Shown one piece after another: positions 25,489 to 36,489 of a stretch of 64,000 nt of DNA. A model generated the notes under the pieces. The model was not told the origin of the DNA. It made no database searches and was given only the letters and a program-made list of their open reading frames with translations. How positions within the stretch are numbered: the first letter of the stretch is position 1; every line of letters begins with the position of its first letter. The position numbers and the translations under genes are program-made. The stretch covers positions 41,453,130-41,517,129 of the forward strand of contig NC_092375.1 in assembly GCF_030028105.1 (NCBI RefSeq), written 5' to 3'. Source of the stretch: Mobula birostris (Eukaryota).

Positions 25489-27400
25489 GTTTCTGTTTCT
25501 GCTTGGTACTGCGCAAGCACTGCCGGACTGCTGTAATAACGCGCAGTCGGTGTGAACGGCGTGGGAGTTAAGTTGTAAAATAAGCTTTTTCACTAGATCC
25601 CCTAAATTGATTTGATTGAGTCTATCTTTAAAAATATTAATGTCAGACATACTGCGCAGGTCTGGTGGCAGAAGATTCCACTCTCTTGTTGATCTTGGGT
25701 AGAGGGAGTACGGGTAGCAAATCGTATTGAATGAAGGAGTTTCCAATATGTGAGGTCCAGTTTGCTGTCGAGTTGAACTGACCCTGTGACGAATTTGGAT
25801 GTTTGATGGAGTGATGTTGTGAATTACTTTGAAAAAGAAAATTAACCGTAGTTTAATACCTCGGTTTTCAAGTGGTTCCCACAGAACATTACAGCACAGA
25901 AACAGGCCTTTTTGGCCCTTGGCTGTGCCGAACCATTTTTCTGCCTCGTCCCACTGACCTGCACCCGGACCATATCTCCTCTCATCCATGTACCTGTCCA
26001 AGTTTTTCTTAAATGTTAAAAGTGAGCCCGCATTTACCACTTCATCTGGCAGCTCATTCCACACTCCCACCATTCTCTGTGTGAAGAAGCCCCCCCTTAT
26101 ATTCCCTTTAAACATTTCCCCCTTCACCCTTAACCCATGTCCTCTGATTTTTTTCTTCCCTAGCCTCAGTGGAAAAAGCCTGCTTGCATTCACTGTATCT
26201 ATACCCATCATAATTTTATCTACCTCTATCAAATCTCCCCATTCTTCTGTGCTCCAGGAAATAAAGTCCTAACCTATTCAACCTGTCTCTGTAACTCAGT
26301 TTCCCAAGTCCCGGCAACATCCTTGTAAACCTTCTCTGCACTCTCTCAACCTTATTAATATCCTTCCTGTAATTTGGTGACCAAAACTGAACACAGTACT
26401 CCAGATTCTGCCTCACCAATGCCTTATACAACCTCACCATAACATTACAACTCTTGTACTCAGTACTATGATTAATAAAGGCCAATGTATCAAAAGCTCT
26501 CTTTATGACCCTATCTACCTGTGACGCCACTTTTAGGGAATTTTGTATCTGTATTCCCAGATCCCTCTGTTCTACTGGACTCAGTGCCTTACCATTTACC
26601 TTGTATGTTCTACCTTGGTTTGTCCTTCCAAAGTGTAAAACCTCACACTTGTCTGTATTAAACTCCATCTGCTATTTTTCAGCCCATTTTTCCAGCTGGT
26701 CCAAATCTCTCTGCAAGCTTTGAAAACCTTCCTCACTGTCCACTGCACCTCCAGTCTTTATATCATCAGCAAATTTGCTGATCCAGTTTACCACATTATC
26801 ATCCAGATCATTGATATAGATGACAAATAACAATGGACCATCCCATTGAAGGTTAGAGAGCACGTTGGTGACACTGGATATCCTGCTGTAATGGTTAACA
26901 CAAAGCGAGCAGCACGGCGTTAGATTTTTTCGATGGACTTCTGATTGTTAGCTTAATGGGGATCCCATATGGCCGCGCAATACTCGAGCTTTGGATGGAT
27001 GAGTGTCTTATATGCCATGTCCTTGACGGATTTACTACATGAGTGGAGGTTTCTTCTCAGGATACCCAGCATTTTATTTGCTTTGGCTGTAATCTGATTG
27101 ATGTGGGATGCCCAGTTAAGATCCTTGCTAATTTCAACACCAAGATATGGGTGGTGGGTGACTGTTTCAAGAATCTGTCCATTCATGTTATATGTCATGT
27201 TGATTGGTTTAACTTTGACTGACAATGCATAGCATGTTATAGACGGTTGTGGTTTTGGAAATGGGTTTGCCTTGATCGCGGAAAGAATGAAGTTGAATTT
27301 GGGAAAGCTGCTTGTGTAATACTGTAATGCTGAAGGTAGGGAGGGATAATGCGTGACGAGGATAGCGGTGTTACAAGGATGAAGACTTTGTCATTCAGAT
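25489..27400 (-). mobile_element. LINE 3' fragment (CR1/L2-group, divergent) interrupted by a CR1
   Basis: PYLGVEISKDLNWASHINQITAKANKMLGILRRNL...LEYCAAIWDPH and YSLYPRSTREWNLLP, with a (CAGAAA)n-like tail at about 25490. Confidence 0.75.
25882..26840 (-). mobile_element. 5'-truncated CR1 nested in the LINE above
   Basis: KFADD and MEFNTDKCEVLHFG. TSD TCCCA at 25877-25881 and 26841-26845. Confidence 0.88.
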
Positions 27401-27589
27401 GATAGGTGTAGAGCTGGGAGAAGAGATTTTTAAAAAGAGGATAGTGAACTCAAGCTCAGAGATACAAGCTTTATTGAAATCGAGGTTGCAATTATTGCTG
27501 GCAGGTAGTAAGAGTGGGCTCCCTCACTTCTGCCCCTCTGGCCCACAACATAGGACACAGCCTGAGGGGCACCTAAGCCCCCTCCTTAC

Positions 27590-29943
27590 TCTCTACAGAG
27601 AGCAACTAAAAAAACTTAGAAGGGAAAAGATGAAATAAGAAAGCAAGCTAGCAAATAAAACCAAAGTGGATAGTAAATGTTTTTTTAGGTATGTTTAAAA
27701 ATAAAAGAGAATTGAGAGTGGATGTAGGACTGCTAGATAATGAGGCAGGAGAAATAGTAACAAGGGACGAGGAGATGGCTGATGAACTAAATGAGTATTT
27801 TGCATCAGTCCTCACTGTGGAAGACACCAACAGTGTGTCTGATGTTGTAGTGTGTGAAGGAAGAAAAGTGGGTTCAGTTACTATTACAAGAGAGAAGGTG
27901 CTCAAAAAGCTGAAAGACCTAAAGTCACTCGGACCAGAGGAACGGACCCCTAGGGCTCTGAAAGAGGTAGCGTTAGAGATTGTGGTGGCATTAGAAATGA
28001 TTTTTCAAAAAATATTGTGCCAGGAGACTGGAAAATTGGAAATGTCACACTACTCTTTAAGAAAGGAGGAAGGCAGCAGAAAAGATATTGTAGACCAGTT
28101 AGCCTGACCTCAGTGGTTGGGAAGATGTTAGAGTCAATTGTTAAGGATGAGGTGATGGAGTACTTGGTGACCAAGGACAAGGAAGTGTAAAGTCAGTATG
28201 GTTTCCTTCAGGAAAAGTCCTGCCTGACGAACCTGTTGGAATTCTTTGAGAAGATTACAAGTAGGATGGATAAAGGGGACGCAGTAGATATTGTATATTT
28301 GGACTTTCAGAAGGCCTTTGACAAGGTACCACACATGAGGCTGCTTACCAAGAGCCTATGGTATTACAGGAAAGTTACTAACATGCTTAGAGCATTGGCT
28401 GATTGGTAGGAGGCAGCGAGTGAGAATAAAAGGATCCTTTTGTGGTTGGCTGCCAGTGACTAGTGGTGTCCTGCAGGGGTCGGTGTTGGGACCACTTCTT
28501 TTTATGCTGTGTGTAAATGATTTAGATGATGGAATAGATAACATTGTTGCCAAGTGAAGATTGGTGAAGGGGCAGGTAGTGCTGAGAAAACAAGTAGAAT
28601 GCAGAAGGACTTAGATTAGGAGAATGGGCAAGAAAGTGGCAAATGAAATGCATTGTTGGGAAGTGCACGGTCATGCACTTTGGTAGCAGAAATAAATGCG
28701 GATTATTTTCTAAACAGAGAAAATCCAGGAATCTGAGATGCAGAGAGACTTTTTAGATTATGAAGACAAGCAGTCCTCTTTTATTGTCATTTAGTGATGC
28801 ATGCATTAAGAAATGATACAATATTTCCTCTGGTGTGATATCACAAAACACAGGACAGACCAAAACTGAAAAAACCAGCAAAACCACATAATTATAACAT
28901 ATAGTTACAACAGTGCAACAGTACCATAACTTGATGAAGAAGTCCATGAGCACAGTAAAGAGTTCAAAGTCTCTGAAAAGTCCCATATCTCACGCAGATG
29001 GGAGAAAAGAAAAAACTCTCCCTGCCATGCCTGAACACAGTCCGAATCTGAGTCATCCGAAAACTTCGAGCCTCCGACTCCAAGTACTGAGCACCATCTC
29101 TGTCCGAATGATTCGACCTCGATCTCGGTTGCCAGCCGCAGGCAAAGCCGGGGATTTTGAGGCCTTCCCTCCGGAATATTCCCGACCGTGCAGTAACAAC
29201 AACAGCAAACTGGTGTTTTAGGAATTTTGGGAGTCCTTGTGCAGAATACCCTGAAAGTTAACTTGCAGGTTGAGTCAGTGATGAGGAAGGTAAATGCTAT
29301 GTTAGTATTCATTTCAACAGGTCTACAATACAAGAGCAAGGATGTGATGCTGAGGCTTTATAAGGCACTGGTGAGGCTTCACCTTGAGTACTGTGAACAG
29401 TTTTGGGCCCCTCATCTTAGAAAAGATGTGCTGGCATTGGAGAGGGTCCAGAGGAGGTTCAGGAGTGAAAGGACTATCATATGAGGAACGTTTGCTGGCT
29501 CTGGGTTTGTACTCACTGCAATTCATAAGGATGGTGGGGGCGGGGAAGGATGGCGTTGGGGGGAGGGAATCTCGTTGAAACCTTTTGAAAGTTGAAAGGT
29601 CTAGACAGAGTAGATGTTGAAAGGATGTTTCCCACGATGGGAGAGTCTAGGACAAGAGGGCACAGCCTTGGGATAGAGGGGCGCCCTTTCAAAACAGATG
29701 CAGAGAAATTTCTTTAGACAGAAGGGTGGTGAATTTGTTGCCACATGCAGCTGTGGAGGGCAGGTCGTTGGGTGTAGTTAAGGCAGAGATTGATGGGTTC
29801 TTGATTGTACATGGTATCAAAGGTTACTGGGAGAAGGCTGGGAACCGGGGTTGAGGGGGAGAAAAAATAATCGGTTATGATTGAATGACAGAGCAGACTC
29901 GATGGTCCAGATGGCCAATCCTGCTCCTATATCTTATGGTCTA
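27590..29943 (+). mobile_element. CR1 LINE 3' portion (paralogue of 1-1655) with a younger insert of about 475 bp at 28751-29226
   Basis: High similarity to the window start. The insert is absent at about 980 in unit A and resembles a minus-strand LINE/SINE 3' tail. Confidence 0.85.
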
Positions 29944-31083
29944 TCTCAGTTAAGGCATGATGGGTGCACTGAGATATTCAGGGTGGTAATGTGTTTTAAC
30001 ATGTATACCTGAGCAAGTTGTTTTGGGACCAATGTGAACCTATTTCTGACCCACTAAGAAAATCCACACGTTATTGCTGAGTTAGAAAGCAAATTAGAGA
30101 ATAGATGGGAATTAGAAAAATTATTTAGGTCTAGTCACTTCCAAGCTATTAATGCAGTCATATCCTAAGAGTGAACTATGAAAAGAGATCAGGAAAAAGT
30201 CATGCCCAATATTGAAATGGTTGTGATGTACAGGTAGAGTACAAGTAGAGTGTCAGCTTCAAAGAACAAACTGTATTCACATCACCTCCAAATATGGTGA
30301 GAGAGGCTGGAAATTATTTGGAAGTAGAGTAGAAGGCATACTATTGGAGTAATTTCTATTGGCTTTAGAACGAAGTTTTGCAGAAATGTGTGGAGTGAAG
30401 AACAAAAAAAGTGGCAAAGACAAGAAGCCCAGAGTTAAGAAAACTCTTTGTACTAGTACTCTGTACATGGATGGGAAGGACTGAGTGATATGGTCTGTGT
30501 GCTGGAGATGGGATTAGGCAGATCAAGTCAGCATGAGCTGGATGCTGGAAGAGCCAGACTTTGTGCTGTAGTACTCCATGACTTCATCTGGAAACCAGGC
30601 TTAATCAATATCAATTGGAAAAACAAGAACTACAGATACTGGAAATGGGTTGGAATGTTTGTTGATGGAGAAATGAGTGAACATGAAGTACATTGACCTG
30701 GAATAGTTTAAGTTTCCCTTTCCACCATACTCTCTAAACTTGTCAGTATTCCCATAATTCCTAAATTATTCCTGCTTCAACTGACCTAACTTCACCGATC
30801 ACCTGCCAGCTTGTACTCATTCCCCTCCTGCCCCCCCATCACATTCTGGATTCTTCCTCCTATCCAGTCCTGATGAAGGGCCTTGGCCCAAAACACAGAC
30901 TATTTATTCCTCTCCATAGATGCTGCTTGACCTGCTGAGTTCCTCCAGCATTTTGTGTGTGCTGCTCTGGATTTACAGAACCTAAAGTTATGTCCAGTTT
31001 TATAGCCACAATCATAACAATTTGTCAACAAGCTGATAGGAATTTGCCCTTTTTTTAAAAAAAAAGGTTTTAAAAACAAGAAC

Positions 31084-31880
31084 ATGAGGAAATCTGCAGA
31101 TGCTGGAATTTCAAGCAACACACATCAAAGTTGCTGTTGAACGCAGCAGGCCAGGCAGCATCTCTAGGAAGAGGTACAGTCGACGTTTCGGGCCGAGACC
31201 CTTCATCAGGACTAACTGAAAGAAGAGCTAGTAAGAGATTTGGGAGTGGGAGGGGGAGATCCAAAATGATAGGAGAAGACAGGAGGGGGAGGGATGGAGC
31301 CAAGAGCTGGACAGTTGATTGGCAAAAGGGGTACGAGAGGATCATGGGACAGGAGGCCCAGGGAAAAAGAAAAAGGGGAGGGGGGGAAGCCCAGAGGATG
31401 AGCAAGAGGTATAGTGAGAAGGACAGAGGGAGAAAAAGGAGAGAGAAGAAAAAGAATGTGTGTGTGTATATAAATAATAAATAACCAATGGGGTACGAAG
31501 GGGAGGTTGGGCATTAGCGGAAGTGAGAGAAGTCAAATGTTCATGCCATCAGGTTGAAGGCTACCCAGACGGAATATAAGGTGTTGTTCCTCCAACCTGA
31601 GTGTGGCTTCATCTTTACAGTAGAGGAGGCCGTGGATAGACATATCACAATGGGAATGGGATGTGGGATTAAAATGTATGGCCACTAGGAGATCCTGCTT
31701 TCTCTGACGGACAGAGCATAGGTCTTCAGCGAAACGATCTCCCAGTCTGCGTCAGGTCTCGCCAATATATATAGAAGGCCACATCGGGAGCACCGGACGC
31801 AGTATATCACCCCAGCCGACTCACAGGTGAAGTGTTGCCTCACCTGGAAGGACTGTCTGGGGCCCTGAATGGTAGTGAGG
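31084..31880 (-). mobile_element. Penelope-like element 3' fragment (GIY-YIG region and terminal repeat)
   Basis: Reverse complement of about 59840-60616. Replaces sequence seen at about 2828-3700 in unit A. Confidence 0.85.
31177..31214 (-). ncRNA. Minimal type I hammerhead ribozyme motif in a Penelope terminal repeat
   Basis: Minus strand reads tagtc-CTGATGA-aGGG tctcgg CCC-GAAA-C-GTC-gactg: both core boxes, stem II, palindromic ACGT stem III, GUC cleavage triplet and AGTC/GACT stem I. Confidence 0.8.
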
Positions 31881-32252
31881 TATACTATCCAAACAGCTCT
31901 TAAAAGCCTCTAATGTATTTGCCTCTCCCACCATAGCAGCCAGTGTAGTCCAAGCATGCACTAGCCTGTGGCACAGGGAGTAATCCGGAGATTCCACCTT
32001 CAATTTCCTCTTGGAAGTGTGGCAAAGTTCAATAATGCTCTTGTTAAGGGTAGTAGAACATTTCCAACAGCGAAAATGCAAATAAATGTGTTGATTTTAA
32101 AGGATATTTAGGGGAACTTGAGTTTGTGAACACAGCATATGAGCTAAAACTCAATTTGCCCTTGTTTCCTGAATACCTCAGGTTCTGGGATACTTTTCCT
32201 AATTAAAGATGTACAAATGAAAGTAATTCAGTATCAAACCCTTGTTTCTCAG

Positions 32253-32354
32253 GTGAAGCCTCAGGTTGAGGAGAAAGCTGGAAAAACATTTGATGCATTT
32301 GTTGTCAAAGCCTACAAAACGCAAGTTGTATCTGGGACCAACCACTATTTTAAA
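32253..32354 (+). CDS. CSTB: Stefin copy C, exon 2
   Basis: ag|GTG...AAA|gtaagt. Encodes VKPQVEEKAGKTFDAFVVKAYKTQVVSGTNHYFK. Confidence 0.93.
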
Positions 32355-33399
32355 GTAAGTTTATCCTTCTAGGCCTTTGGTTATTTCAAAATATCTTGGC
32401 TGTTTCTAATTCATTCACATTATACGTTACCAAGCTCATGCATGATAACATAAGTAGCTGCTTAAATTTGACAATGGCATTCATATTTATTTATTGAGCG
32501 TGCAGAATAGGCCCTTCTGGCCCTTACAGCGATGCTCCCCAGCAACCCCCTGATGTAGTCCTAGCTTGATCAAAGTTCACTTTACAACGACCAATTAACC
32601 TATCAACCAGCACATCCTGGGACAGTGGGAGGAAACGGCAACACCTGGAGGAAACTCACACAGTCACGGCGAGAATGTACAAACTCCTTCCACGTAATTC
32701 TACTTACGAAAGTAAAGCTATTGAAATGTTACTTCGGCAGTGAGGAAAGGCAAATTTCCAAGCTGACCTTTTTTACAACAACTCTTCGATGCATTTTCTG
32801 TGTAAGGAATAGAAGATGGAAGTGGGTCATGTGGCCCACCCTGCTACTCAAGCTCAGGCATGGTTTACATTGGTACTTTTTTCCTGCCATATCCCTAGAC
32901 CCCTCTATACAGTAATAGACTTTATATCTGAATGCACTTTGCCTGCACAGTCCTCTGGGCCAGGAAGTTCCAAACCTTCACTAAGTGAAGAACAATCTTA
33001 TTTCTGGTCTGGATCACCTACCCCTTGTGTCACTGATACCCAGTCCTAGACTCCTCAGCTGAAGGTACATCTGTCTACAGTTTTAGCCCTCAAGTATTGC
33101 ATTGTTCGGGGAGATTGCCTCTTTCTTGAAACTGCAAAGTGAGACTCTGCCTTCTCAATATCCTGTCATATGATAGAGCTAGCCTGACTCTTTACTCCAC
33201 TCTACAAAAATAAGAAAACCCAAACATGGTATTCGAGAATTAGGCTCATCAAATGTCCATATAATAGTAGTTTACCTTTGTACCCAGGTCCTGTAGTTTT
33301 ATTCTCACCTGCTGGCTGCAATCCATTAACTGTCCATAAATACAGTAGTTTACAATAGGTTGAGATGCTAGCTTGAACAATTTTATTTTATTTTGTTAG

Positions 33400-33528
33400 A
33401 TCCATGTTGGTGGCATTGACTACATTCACATCAAAGTATATGAAAACCTTCCTTGTCATGGCAGTGGAAAGGAGATACTGGGCATCCAGAACAACCAATC
33501 AAAGGATGAAGAACTAACTGCCTTTTGA
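33400..33528 (+). CDS. CSTB: Stefin copy C, exon 3 (complete protein 27+34+42 = 103 aa)
   Basis: ttgttag|ATC...TGA. Encodes IHVGGIDYIHIKVYENLPCHGSGKEILGIQNNQSKDEELTAF*. Confidence 0.93.
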   Translation: MHVGGIDYIHIKVYENLPCHGSGKEILGIQNNQSKDEELTAF

Positions 33529-33870
33529 ATAGAAAATATCTTGCTGTTAGTACTCTAGTCTTATACAAAATTAGTTTGTTTTATAATTTTAAGCCCCTGC
33601 ATTTTGGCTTTATCAAAACTGAAGACATTCTTATTTTGCATCAACTTCCAGCCATATAAACCATATCATGTGGTTGGGAGAAGAGTGCAGAGGTTCAAGA
33701 AGTTTGATTATGTATACCATCCTTGAACTAACATGAAAGACTTTTATAATCAAAGGTTATTGTGGTGAATTCAATTTGTGTAAGGAAAAAATCGGGCATA
33801 ATTTTTGAACTGAATTGATTTTGTTGAGATTATGTATACTTTTTATTGTACTCTGCAGTTTATTTTAAGA

Positions 33871-33876
33871 AATAAA
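33871..33876 (+). terminator. Candidate polyadenylation signal, copy C
   Basis: Conserved AATAAA. Confidence 0.6.
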
Positions 33877-36438
33877 TGCACTTGCTACTGCTTAAAGGGT
33901 TTTATTGCTTTAATACAGCATTATGGAAATGACTTTTCAACCTGGTTTTTAAAAGACATCTTCCTAATTGATTAGAATTATTATTTCATCTTCCAGTCAG
34001 TATATTGCCTCTTTTGTAGAGCTTCTGACAATCTTAAGTACTTTCAGATATCAATTAATTTTTACCGTTGATTGAAAATACTATCAAATAAAGATGTCAT
34101 TCTTGCCACTATGTTACAGTTGTGGAAACACAAAGTGCAGGAATCTCAAATCTGTTGTTAATATTATTAGACCAATGGTCTTGAATAAGTACTGCAACCA
34201 CTAAATCAATACATTAGGAAATCCTGCTTTACTTAGCAATTATCACTATTCATTTGAACAAAGGCTTGTCAGAACTTCGAGCGGAATAAGCAATTCTTCT
34301 GCACTCTGACCAATTGTTCCTGCTACTCTCATTAAAGAGATGGTGGTAAGTATGTGTTTCCACAGTGCTGGACTTGAATTCACTATGAATATTTAGTAAA
34401 TTGTAGCAGAAAGCTAGTAGTTCTCAAAATTAATCCTAAAATTCTGTTGTGTGAAAAAGGAAAAAGCTCCCAGGTTTTGGGTTGGGTCTTGTAGATTAGG
34501 AAAATTCTTCCAATATATGTGCAATCTTGTTCCCTGCCGCTTAGAGACTTATATAGAGTTTATGCCAAGTTGGACCTTATCTCAACCTTTCGAAGGCTAC
34601 AATTGATGTTATGGATAAATGTCAATGTATTACAATTAGATTTGAATAACTTTGGCAATACTAAAATTCTGGCACATTTAGTACAGTTCATCAAGGTAAA
34701 AAAGACGTACAGTCTAACTATACACAATTTGTTCTATTGCATGCTCAAACTTTGAAATGCCAGGTACAATTAAAATGAGAAAAATTTCAAAGACAGCGAG
34801 GAAAATGTGCTGCAAGAGATTGCTCCTGAGAGTTCAAACTTACACAGTATTGAAATGGAATTGTGAGTACTTGGACATTAAAATAATCAATAAAAACAGA
34901 ATTCTTTGTTGTTTTTAATGAGGGGAGGTCCAGCTCTTTTGAAGGAGTACATTTTACACTATCTGCACCTACACCAAGCTTAAAAGCACCAGTGGATATT
35001 ACTACATATGACATACTCTAGATATAAAGTATTGTTTCATTCATTGTGATTTCTTCAAGAACATGAATTATGTTATACAAAATTGAATGTCAACCATTGA
35101 ACACATGAACAGACAGACCTTTTAAATCTTAATGGATTCCAAGATAATGGAACTCATGACATTTATGATTCAGTGAATCCTTTTGTATATGAACACAACA
35201 TCAGACAGTAGCAATGTCACCACCCATTTCAATAATTATTTTTCATGTATCATTGCCTGTATGTTTATTCCACAGGGTAATACTTGTTGAAAGCAGCTTC
35301 TGGGCAACTTGGTTACGTGCAGGTGGAAAAAAGGGAAGAATTACTTTATCCCCTCCTCCAGATTGTTTTTATTTAATGGAGAGAGTACATTATATAGCAC
35401 ACAAAAGGTAAAAGCCAGGAATAACTGAAAGTCCAAATAAATACTTTGGTAACTAAACAAATCTTTGCCACTTTGTCTATATCTCCCATCAAACATGCAA
35501 GAAAACTGAATAATGGTAGAAATTAAGTCCTGTGGTAAAGGGTGTGAGGCCCTTTCATCCTTTTTCCACCTTATAGGGAATAGGCAAACCAATTACATTT
35601 TTAAAAATTTTAGAAAATGGATACAGAATGAATGTACAAGACAAATGTTTCAAAATGAAGATGAGCCTGAGGAAAGGATTCTAATTTAATAAATGGTATT
35701 TTTAATATGTAAATTACAACTGTTACTGGCCTTAATTCCTTGCCTGAACACCACAAGTGAAAACAGTCTGTCAAAATCTAATGTCTCAATTTAGTCTTCA
35801 GAATTTGTTACAATGTGCGTAGCTTAATCATCATGATTTTATTCTGTACACTCAGTGCATTTCGTTAGCTATGTCGATTGGGAGATGGATCAATACTTGC
35901 ATTTCAAGTTACCAAGTTATGGAACAGGAAATTCAAATAGTATTAATTACAATCAAAGTCAGAAAGGTAACACTTTAAATATACAATTTTTTCAACTTAA
36001 AGCTCTGACTATTCATTCTAAGTGAGATAATCTTGAAAAATTACTATATTGTCCAGTAATTATGCACAGGACAAATGGAAAAATAAGTGTAATAAAAACA
36101 GACATTTCCAGGTATATTCCCTGGCATAAACAGAACTGTTCCATTATGAAATTTTTAAAAAAAATTATGAAAGATTTATGATATTCAAAATGATTTTTTT
36201 TTTGAAAAGCTTGCAGCATAAGAAATTGGTGGAAACCAATTTTACAGGCTGGCTTAGGTAATTACCAGAACTACACTTTTCTCTCAATGATAAAAGGCCC
36301 ATCCTAACAACTCTTGGCTTATACCCATAACCGGTCCCTGTGATGGTCCACTGTGCTTTCACCCGAATAACTTCAATGTAATTCATTCTTTTCAAGCCAT
36401 GGGTAGGCAGAGTCTGGCCTGTCTTCAATGATTCAGGT

Positions 36439-36489
36439 TCACAGGTTGTTTGAAGGCTTGTAATGAATTCTGCAGCGTTCCTTGAAGAC
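36439..36489 (-). CDS. MIX23: MIX23/CCDC58 exon 5 (terminal, native)
   Basis: tttacaaag|GTC...TGA. VFKERCRIHYKPSNNL* matches the vertebrate C-terminus as I recall it (VFNERCRIHFKP..). Confidence 0.92.
   Translation of the reverse strand, partial: VFKERCRIHYKPSNNL

Noticed and set aside
25444-26232. 262-aa minus-strand ORF as a gene
   Set aside because: It is a chance in-frame fusion of a CR1 3' end and the LINE it inserted into (TSD TCCCA).
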